From Bigelowiella natans CCMP2755 (Eukaryota; Protista; Cercozoa): a DNA stretch of 44,707 nt. Where the stretch lies: NCBI GenBank assembly GCA_000320545.1, contig ADNK01000026.1, forward strand, positions 1 through 44,707, in the 5' to 3' direction. Below the pieces are notes generated by a model. The model searched no databases. It had not been told where the DNA came from and saw only the letters and a program-made list of their open reading frames with translations. Positions 25,936-37,460 of the stretch are shown piece by piece; positions within the stretch are counted from its first letter, which is position 1, and each line of letters begins with the position of its first letter. The translations under genes were made by a program, and so were the position numbers.

Positions 25936-26764
25936 AACTGGATGAATTGTGAATAAGAGTACTTATTGCAATTTATTTTCAAGGTTCTCGTGAATGGCCA
26001 CAGTCTTCAGTCAATAACAGGTGCTGAGTTTGTGTTCAATTACTCTTCGTGGTATCTGAATGGAGTGTTTTGCAGTAATCTTTTGTTGGGCCCCGCAACA
26101 TCACAGCCATCTTTGGTGAACACTGGTTCTCCTGCAAATCTTTCGATGAATTTGAGGCTGACGGATCCGACAAATCGAGACGGACATACGCCGCGACCCA
26201 ATTAATGAGAGTAACAACTTGATGAAACCCTGACTTTTTTTAGGTCTAGATGTATCCATCTCTCTATATCTCTAGCTAGGTTTTATTATTACATTGTAAT
26301 TTCCCAATAAGTAATTAAAACGCATGATATGTGTACATAGCAAGGCAATTGCACGCAATGATGCGCACGCGCAGCGCCAGTCGTCATGTATAACGAGACC
26401 GATTTCAAAGCTGTGCGACAATGCTTCTATAGCTGGCTAGCTAGCTAGCTGGGGCGCGTACATGTATAGATTACATAGCTAGATAGTGATAACATTTTGT
26501 AGTTCCCTATGTTAACCGCACAATACATACACATACATATGTATGTGTGTATATAAAACTGCGCTGCACTCGTGCACCAGGCTAGCAGGCTCTAACACTT
26601 TCACTGCTAGTAGCCAGCGATGATGTGCACATTGTTGTTAGTCATGCGGGTTTTGGTTCCTCATTGGTGCTGGCATTTTAGCTGTGAGCTGTGATTATCA
26701 GCATATCGGCGTGAAACTGTATTGCTGACATGATCAAATAATATGCTACTTCAAGCTGTGCAAA

Positions 26765-27890
26765 CTACATGTCTTTGAATCTTTTATCCCTAAAGTACCT
26801 GAAATTAAAAAATTCTGTCCTTACCATGTTTTCATTATATTTTCTGTGTGATGTGCTTACTGGACGAGAAAGTATATCTGCGCAGCGTTGACACCGATAA
26901 TACACAACTGAAGAATTATTATCATTAATTCCTCTAGTATTCATTGCAAGTTATAAAAATGTACCATGGAAAGGATACTGAGCCAGAACACTCGTGAATT
27001 TGTCGAGGCATTGATTGCAGCCTGTTCTACTTCATTTGCTTCGAGTCTATTTGAATTCAATTAGATTTTATCATCCACTGAATAAACCAGAAATATTGAC
27101 CACAGTTGTACCTCTTGAATTCTGCCTGGATGTAGTTGATTATGTCCTCCAATCGGAGAAGTTCCAATTCTATTGGCTTTAGATTCTCCTATAGTATTCG
27201 CGAACAGCATTAAATTGCATTGATCAGCGACCAATTCTATTGGTATAACCTTTTGAGCTATTCCAGTGTAATCTTTTGCACCAAGCCCCCTCTTTGAGGT
27301 GAATTCGACTGTTGTTGGCAAGGCCTCTGAAAAGGTGACAATATTTACTATCCGAATCATGAATTGTTCTTTAAGATATATATCTCTCTCCAACCTGTGT
27401 TGAAAAAGCAAGTCCTATGCTCTCCATTTTCCTTGGATGTAATTGTGTATCTGAAACCGGGATGCATTAATGAGGTTGAAATGGATTAAACTCAACTTTC
27501 ACACATTACTTTCCGTCCTTAGTGGTCTTGGAGTAGAGTGACTGTCCTCTAGAGTCTAGAACCGTTGTAGTAAGTTTGCGACCATCCATAGATTTGAATT
27601 TCGCGACAATTAAGTCATTTTTTTCAACTTCTTCCCTGCAATTTCATACTCGTCAATCAGAATGGTGTTGAAATGAGTGACTTGAACACTTACCCAAGGC
27701 ATTTCTGCGATCTAGCTTGCAGCTCGAAGTGGACAGCGTGTGTAGAGGGAGAAACGGTAAGCAGAATTGCGATCGCTACCCACACTCCATGGATTAGTGA
27801 GTTGTGGGACGGAACCGGCATGGCTGGCGTCACGGGGACGATGGGGGGTGTACGGAGTGTGAGTGAGACATAGTCCGTGGAGGCTGGCAT
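26765..27890 (-). CDS. p24/emp24/gp25L cargo receptor, delta type (TMED10/Erv25-like)
   Basis: Signal ...AIAILLTVSPSTHA, then VHFELQARSQKCLG|EEVEKNDLIVAKF (GOLD domain), KRGLGAKDYTGIAQK, LKPIELELLQLEDII, INASTNSRVFWLSILS, TM segment, YFRDKRFKDM*. Confidence 0.85.
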
Positions 27891-28106
27891 GCCAACCAAT
27901 CAGAATGCCCGGGATTTATGCTCATATTTTATTGTCGCTCATAATTATGAAAGGGCATTCTCTTTTACTCGGCGCCGTCTGGCCGAGGCTGTGTTCTGGC
28001 TCGGTGTCGCATGATGACGACAAAAAATGATGGTCTGCTGGTAAAAATAAGGGCAGGTCCGCATCTTAGTGAAATCTGTGAATCTTCTGGATGTTATTTC
28101 GATGTA

Positions 28107-29309
28107 GTTTTGACTGAAACTGAACCTGTGAGTTCATGACCAAAGATGGCACTTTGTTCCAGTGTGGAACATGCTCGCATGATGATTTTGCCACAAAACA
28201 TTGTCTGATTTTCTTCTGATGATCCTTTCAACGATTCTTGTTCTTCTTTGAATTCACTCTGAGATTTTGGCGTCCAGGGCGAAGGTGGCGTGAAGGATGA
28301 CCCAACGCAGAAAATTTGACACGGTGAGAGTGAGAAGAAGAAGAAGAAGAAGAAGAAGAAGAAGAAGAAGAAGAAGAAGAAGAAACCTTGATGATGCGGA
28401 TTTCCTTCTGGAGTTTCTAGCTTCTTTCTTTCTTTCTTTCCATCTTTTTCTTCCAGTTGCTCGAAAAACTGTTTCAAGTGGTGCTTGCGCGTGCTAGCGT
28501 GGTCAAAGTTCCGCGATGCACAACCAAGAGACAACAAGTGGTCACCTCTGGACCTGTTTGTGCACGCTAGCTAGTCAACGTGCTGGCGTGGGACTGTCAC
28601 GCACGTCAGGCCAGGCTGGCAGGTTTGGGTGCAGCACTGTGCAAACTTTGTTGCACGAGCACACGGCTGGACGGTTGTGTCCCATGTGTGCACGTGCGTG
28701 CATTCTGCTGGCCTGGCATGCATGCCGCAGCGTGCATGCGTGCGTGTGTGTGTGTGTGTGGGCCAGTGGGGGGTTGTCTGGTTCTGGAGTTCTGGAGTTG
28801 TGTGTGTGATGTCCAGCTCTGGAGCTGGCCAGCTCTGATCACTTGCTCCCATCCCGCGATGATTGCTTGTCACTGTGTGTCACAGTCGTGTGCTGTGCAC
28901 ACATCGCACACGCTGCACGGTGTCATCACCACTCCAGCACTGCTGCTTGAAACTGCATTGCATGACTGCTCGGGTGCTCAACATCGCTGGCCCTGCTCTG
29001 GCGCTCTGCTGGTCTGGCTAGCTAGCTAGCTAGCGCTGTCACACACACGCAGCATGACCCTTGCACACGTCGCTGGCCATCTGGCCCGCTCTGGCGCTGC
29101 CGCGCAGTGCAGGCACTCTTTTCCAGTGTTGTCATGCCAGCATGGTCTTGCGCGTCGTTGTCATTCGGCACCAGGGCAACGTGCAGCACCAGAGCAGTGC
29201 CAGAGTGAGATTGGCTAGACAGCAATGCATGTGACCGCCACGCCACACAGATTTTCTAGACACTGCGTGATGCGATGTGTGTCAATCATTGTTGTTCTAG
29301 TGTTGCCTG
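28107..29309. repeat. TpA-depleted degenerate simple-repeat domain (GCTAGC/TGCA/CACG-rich)
   Basis: By my count 11 TpA in ~1.2 kb, all within CTAG. No credible ORF. Confidence 0.85.
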
Positions 29310-29613
29310 TAGCCCAATTGCAACGACTAGACGACGCGGCAAGGTCATCCATGAAATTGCTAGATTAGCTGGCACGCACGCACACAGCAACGCAGCACAT
29401 CAATGCAAGCAAGCAAGCAAGCATCCAATTTGTAGCAAGCAAGCCACGCAAACACGCGCATGCAATGTGAATGGATGATGCAACGTAACAGTAGTAACAG
29501 TAGTGGATGCGATCAATTAAATAATGTGCGCAGGAGCAGTGAGCATGGACGACATCGCAGCAATTTACCATGGAATCATTCACACTAGAGTATGCTGTGC
29601 CTCGATTTCGTAG

Positions 29614-31766
29614 CTATTTAGATGCATGTAGTAACGAGGATGGGCACCTTCTCGACTTCAGAGAAATTCCCTTAGCTGCAGCATTTTCCATAAATGATGC
29701 ATGTGCACTCTCGTATAACCTGAAACAAATTTAGCCTTATAATGGAAAGTGTATTAATGTGTCCAAGAAGAAATATACCTCCGATCCAATTCCATCTCTT
29801 TCTCGAGTCTCTCATGATGTTGCTACATATATGTTAACAAAGAATATTATTTACTAAAAGATCACATTTGAGGGTTGGTGACATACCTGTGACAAATTCT
29901 CAAGGTAGTAAACGTGGCCTTTTTTGTTATATTCATCCAGGGTTACCTCCCGAGCACATCTACAACGAATACATACTCATTTGTGTATACAATCTGTCTC
30001 CTCAAAAAAACAAACATACTGTGCGATGTTCAGAAAGGGAAAACGTTTCTGTATGAGTCCAAGGGTTGCTGTGTTGACCAATATATCAGACACTCCAAAA
30101 AATAACAATAAAATGACAAACTACCAGGCATTTCTTCAGTGATGCCTACTAAATCAAATTCTCGAAGGTTTTCGACCTGAGCAACGTGGGTCCTTTTCTA
30201 AATCCTTTATACTCCTTTCCACAGCAGAAACTACCAACTGTTATATTACCACAATTGCCGCCCATTTATCCTTCAAGGACTCGGGCAATTGACCGTCTGG
30301 AGTTCCGTAAGCCCATCGAAATTCATTCTCCTTTGCAAACTGGTAATGAAATTATAATTTTCATCCCAATGGAATTTGGAATACTAGAAATTCTCATGCG
30401 TTAGAGTGTACCATTGGCTGGTCAAATGTGCAAGCAGGGTGACCATCACTATCCATATCCTGGCGAAACTTTTGAAACGCAGACATTTTCAGAGGAACCT
30501 GATGATTTTCTCCACTACATTAGCATATTGTTCTACCAGATCTATCTTCGTCCTGTTTCCCGTAGCCCCCCCATGCTCGATCGAGCAACCAGAAATCTAT
30601 GTTGTGTTGATTACTTCGTTTGGATTTGAATAATATTTGCTTGCAATGTTTGCTATTTGGAACCATTCGAAACTGCTCAAAAGGCCCCCTGCGGTCAATC
30701 GCCCACCGTGAGAAACCATCAAATCCTTTTCCATATCCTAATGAACACAGTAATGTTTAATTTGGTGGACACAGTCAATTAGATGAATCACATTTTACCG
30801 GGCATGTATCCCTGGGCGCCACCACGAGTATATGCCTGGATTAAGTTCGTTGTGTAATCACCACCATTTTTAGGAACTGAGTAGCTACCTCGAAATTTGC
30901 ATCGCTCTCGAATTGGCGTGAGGGTTCTCGCAGCAATGTCACCAATTTGAAGCCTGCATGACATAGAATCGTTTAGATTGAACTAGATAGTATCTTAATA
31001 TGAAGGATACCGAGTTCTTGCTTCAATTTGAGAGCAAGACTCATATCGAAATGATGCAATTCGACGTAGTGGAAATCAAATTTCTTCACCCATTCGAGGC
31101 AGCCTGGGCACCCTATTCCACATGGAAATCCATCATCATCGAACTAATAAAATATTGATTCAGAAGAACCTTTGGTTTCAATTTTGTACGAGGGTTTACA
31201 GAGAGCGCATCCATCATCCCACTTCTCCTTGATAGTACTTGTAGAACACAACACTCAAACTAAATAATGTAATATTGATCAGTTATTCTTACTTGCAAGC
31301 TCTGAAACTATCGGCAGCATCCTCTCTGTTATTTTTAAAATTATGCCTTAGGATAAGTATGAACGAAGGTAATGTACACTCTCACATCTACCTGCAAGTT
31401 TCACGGTCAAAGGAATAAAGATGAGCTGACGTGAGACCCAGCTTTCGGTATGCTCGCCATAAAACACCGTCAACTAAACTTCCACCTGAGAATATCACAC
31501 ACAAAGAATTGTGAAAAAATTCAATGTTAATTTTGTCAAGTTCCGCATACTGACCGGTCTTCCGGGCATGGACGAAAGCAATTTTCTCCACCTTCATAAG
31601 AAGCAAAAATGAGTAGATTGCAGGGCGTTCATGTTTATCATATCTCGCAAACCCTATTCGCCGTATCGTCTCCATTCAGAGTTGATAGCTCCTTCTTCCA
31701 GTTGGCACTAGCGGACGAGATTAAGCAGCAGGCAAGGAGGAATGCCATCAGACAAACTTGAGGCAT
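29614..31766 (-). CDS. Secretory-pathway sulfotransferase-like protein (Sulfotransfer_2-type), multi-exon
   Basis: Signal MPQVCLMAFLLACCLISSASA. 5'-PSB-like KIAFVHARKT|GGSLV, 3'-PB-like GFKLVTLLREPSRQFES, and C-terminal ELDRR|LYESAHASF (LDxxLYxxA motif). Confidence 0.7.
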
Positions 31767-32471
31767 TGCTACAGGTAGGAGCTCAGTTAACTTTGGTATT
31801 CTTCACAGACTACCTAACCTATGATGACGCAGGAGGATAAATCCCCAGTGTTTTTTAGATGTGTGAGGCGGGAGATGGGAGACTCTCCCGAAAGTATCTG
31901 TGAGGCAGACACCATCTGCGATCCCGGGTTCGAGCGGGGATACCCATCGGCACATATGCATGCAAGATTTTTTTTGGAGAAAAAGCAAGACCATAACTGG
32001 CATGACCGTCTCTAACAGACACTTCCAGATTTCACTCACGATTTCCCAAGAGTTCAGTGCATGAATGGAGGGGGATTTGTTGAGACGACAAAATTTAATT
32101 GAGAATTTGAACCAGAACTACAAAGGACGGGCCAAAAGGGAGGTGATTTCCTAAGAAGTCTCGAGACTTCAGGGGAGGTCGAAACACTGAAAAGCTCTAT
32201 AACGGTGGTCAAGCGGTATGAAAAAGAATTCCGCGAAATCCAAAAGAACTGGATAACCTAGAAGAACTCGAAGAAAGAAGGGCATTTTTAGTGTAAAACC
32301 AAACAAATTCCGCATACAGGAACCTATTTAGCTTCCATTTTTCTCAACCGCGACCGCCGGTCACTTATTCTCTACTGGCTGCCCCCCCCGACTCCTTGCC
32401 TTACTTCCTTCTGTCTCATTTTGATAGGACCACTTAGAAAACGCTACGACGGGAGGATATATACATATATC

Positions 32472-34173
32472 ATGGGTCGGTTAATACGTTCCAATTAATT
32501 TTGAAACTAAAGCATTGCCCATGAAATACTGATGAATTATTACGTTCTCATTCTGTAGAAATCGCGAATTTGCCCCACATGCCTGCCAGAAGGCCACGTG
32601 TTATCCGAAAAATGGCGACTATGATTGGATTTGCAGCGGTGGGCATTCTAATCCTAGGAGCTATTCAGACCAACATCGGGAGCCCAATGGCGGCAAGGGC
32701 TGCTCGAGGAGCTATTTCAAGAGTTACTACTCCTTCCCGCTCCCTCTTCAGGTACTAGTCAACAACCACAGAAAGACTCACCGATACTCATGAACATGTC
32801 TTTGTTACAACTGTTGTAGGAGCTCACCTTCGAGTTGTCATTCCCGAAGCAGCAAGATGCACAGCTCTCCCATTCGGGGAAGACATTCTGTTGCAGCTAC
32901 GGCAGAACCTGAGCCTTGCAAACTCGATGATATCGAGCAATGCTCTGTAGCTGAGCTCCAAGTACTATATGTCGATGCGCTTTGGAACTATTACAATGGT
33001 GGAAAAGCTCTGCTTTCTGACGAAGAGTTCGACAGGATTAAGACAGAGCTGTGCTGGCAAGGGTCTGGATTTCCCACCCTAAGGCGCTGGGAAGTTGAAT
33101 TCGTGCAGGCTGCTCTCTCCTACTACCGTGGAGAACCTGTTGTAAGCAACGAAAAATATGAGGAGTTAAAGCAGAAGGTGAAGGATTCCGGGAAGCGCCA
33201 GGATGTGACTGCCATGCTTCTGTACACCAAGGGGCAGGAGAGTTTATCCCCGGAGCAGTTTCAAAATTTTGCTGATGAGATGCGTAAGTTGGGCATGGAT
33301 GTTTGTATCCAAGGAAAGGATTTGCAGTGCACACTTTCAGACACGACTGACCAGCTACAGAACGATGCGCGTGAGGTGATCGCTATGTATTCTGCAATCG
33401 GATTGATTCCACAAGGATTAATGCTGTCCGCGTGGGGACTATTGACAGCGTTGGTTGGCGGACCTGGAGCTCTGTTGACACAGGCTGGTACCATACCTGC
33501 TGCAGGACTAGCTGGAGCTGGACTCACTGCCGTCATGATTAAATATCTGGGGCTTGATAAGCCCGAAGTTCTTCTAGGAACCTGCCCTTGCTGCGAATCG
33601 GAAGTGAGAGCTTTCTTCGGACCTCAAACTCCAAATCAACAAGACGTAAAGTGTGAGACCTGTGGGACTCCTATGACGTTTTCGTCGGAGGATAGAAGAA
33701 TCGTATCTGCCGGGGGATTTTCGTACTTGACCGACGATGCATCAGCATCCGAGGTCAATTTCAACTCTAGGGATATTGCTCGCGATGTCGCCAGTGCGCT
33801 CTCCAATTCTCTTCCGTCTATTTCCTCGCCAGAGCTGAGGAAATCATCCGGCAAAAAGCTAAAGAAGGGGGAGAAGGAACCCTTGGCGGAGCAGCTATCA
33901 ACTGGAATCTTTGCCTGGGCTGTATTGTTAGGATACGGTCTTTTTGGCGAACAGTTCGTGGGTCGTGTGCGTGGAAAAGGTATCGCGCTTCACTCCGGGG
34001 TCATCAACGATTTCTGCAAGCGCTTCTATATTCCAAACAAGATGAGGCAGAAGTATATTCAAACTGCGAAGAAAAATGGGCACGATCTCGGGTTCCTTGT
34101 ACCTGGTGGCTACTTTGGTGATGGACTCGCAGGCGAAGCTGCGATGAAGTGGTGGAAGTCTACCGGATGGTGA
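32472..34173 (+). CDS. Plastid-targeted PGRL1-PGR5 fusion protein
   Basis: Exons ~32472-32475 (tentative), 32559-32751 and 32820-34173 splice in frame. Leader ...IGFAAVGILILGAIQTNIGSPMAARAAR... PGRL1 part (~32915-33720): EPCK, VDALWNYYNGGKALLSDEEFDRIKTELCWQGS, LQCTL, two TM helices, GTCPCC...VKCETCG. PGR5 part (~33904-34098): GIFAWAVLLG...RVRGKGIALHSGVINDFCKRFYIPNKMRQKYIQTAKKNGHDLGFL. Confidence 0.92.
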
Positions 34174-34779
34174 TTGACGTCATATAACCAGAATAACAAG
34201 AAGAATCCACAAGGAAAGGTTGAATCTTGAGGGTGTAATCTTTATACCTCTGAACAAGGGTAGTAGATCAATAGGGTCCATATAAAAATTCATAATCTGT
34301 TCTGTACCCTCTTCGGTGGACACCGTGGTTCTTCAAATAGCAAATATATTTTAATCTTCATAAGAACAGTTGCATACTATCGTCGTCGTATTCGATGGCA
34401 TATTGTGTTGGATGAAGTATATCCTGGCTAGGAGTAGAGATTGGACTGGTTGGACTAATTCAATTTTCCGGGACATTAGTTCTCTTCCACACAAGCAAAG
34501 TAGAGACCCGTCGCAATATTTGCGTACCTATCATTGTAAATCCATACACCACTTTTATTACATCTCGAGATGTGAAAAAAATAACATGATTCCATCCCAT
34601 CGACACAGAGCTACACAAGTACTCGCGGTCCCGCGTTGTGCAACATACGTCTTTACTGTATCTGCACGGTGGAGCGTAGGATCGTCTGAGAATGAGTGTT
34701 TCGTCATGTCAAGTCAAAAATAACATGGCATCAGTTGAATCAATCATACCAAACTAACAAGCTCTACAATCTTTATTGG

Positions 34780-35460
34780 CTTCGCTGGAAAAAGGTTTTT
34801 GAAATTGTGCCATTGATAGCCAGCGCTAGCAGCGCGCATAGCAGCGCAGCACGCTTCGTACGGCTGGACGCTGGCACACACATGATAGACATGCAATACA
34901 CAATATATATAATGTATATAGTGTATTGCTGTGTCTATTATACACTCGCACGACTAGACGAGCTACTCTAGTACTGGCATGAACTACAGTATACACAACA
35001 ATGATATGATGGAAGCTGACTAGCTAGCTGGGCTAGTATGCGATACTAGCTAGCTGGATCTAGAGATGCCACCTGACGTGTATCGTACGTACTGCAAGCT
35101 AATATGCAGAATGCGCGACACCGTACCATATGTATATTGCGCCAGGCCAGCATGCATCTCGCTACTACATATATTCTAGCATTTGTAGCAGCACATATGT
35201 GCTGGCTCTCAGCTCTAGGTCTATAGACTATGGGTGTAATCCATGCTAGATGCAAGCATGTAGCGTATACGTACGTACGTAGGTAAGGCAAAAATAAAGC
35301 GACTCGCGATGCGCCAGCTTTTTGCTGCTGCGCGCTGGTTAGGATTCGCTAGTTCAGTCGCACCGTCGCATCGTTTTAATGAAGTAGCGTGTTGCAAGCT
35401 TCTCTGGATGTCGCATGTATAGCTGATAGCTAGATAGTAGCATGTACGGTGTCGTTACTA
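34780..35460. repeat. GCTAGC/alternating purine-pyrimidine-rich intergenic spacer
   Basis: Dense tagctagc, gcatgc, tacgta motifs between convergent gene ends. The same class occurs at ~15560-16100, 26300-26760, 38000-38600 and 42340-42920. Confidence 0.7.
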
Positions 35461-35476
35461 TGTACATTTATTTTCT

Positions 35477-37460
35477 TCAACCTTCACGTGGAAGATACCC
35501 TTCGCGCCGGGCCATATAGGTGGCTCTCCTTTCCTTCGTAGCGAATTTTCTCATATCTACAAATGTCTGACTTTCTCCACGACCACCAGCTTGAACACCA
35601 TCCGCTATTCTTCGATCCAAATTGGTAAAATGTGATGCGTGGCGACTCTGAGGAATACGCATGGCAAAGATTTAGCTTACAACCTGCGTCCATACCCAGT
35701 TCGAGTAAAATGATGGCACTCACAATAAAGTTAAGAGCTCCTACTCCCTCCTGCTCAGCTTCCTCTGCTGTCTGCTTTTTATATGCCTCATCATTCTCTC
35801 TAGCCCTCTTGTGCACAGTGTTGTGAATTGACAATTGATCTTCACGAATCTTTGCCTTTGCCTCAAGACGCTCCTGCTCAGCATAAAAACTCACTCTTCC
35901 TTTGTCTAAGTAAAATAGGAATTTTTAATGCAAGAACCTGATATTCAGCCTCTTCTGAGGCATCCCTTTCTGTATCATCGTTGACATCAGCAGCTACAGA
36001 AGAAGCAGCTGGGCGTTTCCTTCCGAGTCTTTCCCTTTCCTCTTGCATACTCCTCTGCTGTTCAGTCCACATCTGGTAGTACATCCTTGCAAGAATAGAA
36101 AAGGTTCAGGAGAGGACGTAGCAAACCTCGACGAAAGAGAAAACTGTTACATCTCAAATCCACGTTTCTGGAGAAGGCGCTCCCATAAAGCGTCGGTCTC
36201 TCTAGCTGGGATATTGGAACGATGAGAGTGTTTTGTGTGTGGCAAAGGGGACAAATGTAGTCACCATCGTCGTCGTCAGTAGTATTAGTAGTAGTAGTAG
36301 TAGTAGTAGAAGAAGAAGAAGAAGAAGAAGAAGAAAAGCAGCAACTTACCTGTCGGGTTTAGCGGAATGATGCTAGTGCCATTCCATTCTGAAGTCCCAA
36401 TCAGATCTGATACCTGTGAGGGGTGCTTAATCACAGCATCCTTGCTCACAACATATCCCGATGGCTTCAAAGCAACAAATCGGTTTATCCCATCCATCAA
36501 AGCTCCTAATGTGTAGATCAACAGAGTAGAAAACGTATCATCAATGTGAATTGAAAGCCGCCCAATGTTATGAATACAAGCTGAATTGACCTGTGATCGG
36601 ACAGCAAAATGATGCTTCAGAATCCACCTCTCTGTTTATTAAAATGTATATTGTCAAAAGGATAGGGTGATAAACAAGGAATGGTTTACTTCTCTTTGTT
36701 AGGCTCCAATATCAGTTCTGTAAGATGCTTCGGAGCAAAGGTGTAGGCGGCTATTTCTTCTGCAAGCGAATCGTCAATCATGGCCTGGTAGACGTAATCA
36801 TGTTGTGAAATCGTACGGAGACCGACACCGTCTTTAGTATCCATGCTTGCAAAATTGTTACCCTGCTTTATATAATACCTCAAGAAGTTTCTGCTTGTCG
36901 TACATTCTACCAAGATCATCGCAGCAGACGATGTTATTCTCCAAAGACTCTCCTAACAAACCAATACCGTGTCAATCGTGGAATGTGCGGAATTATAGGC
37001 TTTACGGACCTGATATTGTGCAGTATTTAGTCCGAAAAACTCGAGTTTGGGCGACCGCAAAACTCGACGGCCTCGGAAGCCCTTTTGTGAATCTCTGCAG
37101 CATGGAATGCGAAGAATATGAAAAAGGATCCACTTAGACGAAACAATAGGCGCCACCGATTCAAACCTTAAATAGTTCCAGATAGGCCTCCCTATTCTCA
37201 TTTACAGTACTTCCTCCGTCACCTCCACCTCCACGTAACCTTGCACGTAGATCAATCATTTTACGGTTATCATTTATCTCTTACAACCCTTTTCATGCAG
37301 AATCCCAACAATATGAACGAAATTACCTCATCATCACAGCTGACTGCCTTCTTCTCAATCTACATTCCATGCGACTTGGCACTCCTCCAACTCCTAGCAA
37401 CAGCGCGGCTACAAGAACTACAGTCGAGGGGATATGGGCGATTCGCGTGCCCGATTCCAT
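35477..37460 (-). CDS. RTF2: RTF2-family (Rtf2 RING-like) splicing/replication factor, plant/green-algal type, with N-terminal targeting-like leader
   Basis: Spliced: MESGTRIAHIPSTVVLVAALLLGVGGVPSRMECRLRRRQSAVMMR|LRGGGGDGGSTVNENREAYLELFK|...KYCTISG|ESLENNIVCCDDLGRMYDKQKLLE|AMIDDSL...KHLTELILEPN|SFCCPITG|ALMDGINRFVALKPSGYVVS...SIIPLNPT. Start codon and last exon are approximate. Confidence 0.8.

Noticed and set aside
28516-29583. Overlapping Cys/His/Ala-rich ORFs on both strands (also 5009-5530)
   Set aside because: Loss of TpA removes TAA/TAG stops and Tyr codons, so long spurious ORFs are expected. No recognisable domain.
32060-32290. Purine-rich coiled-coil-like reading upstream of the PGRL1-PGR5 gene
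   Set aside because: Interrupted by stops in every frame and no family recognised. It could be a decayed fragment but that is unsupported.
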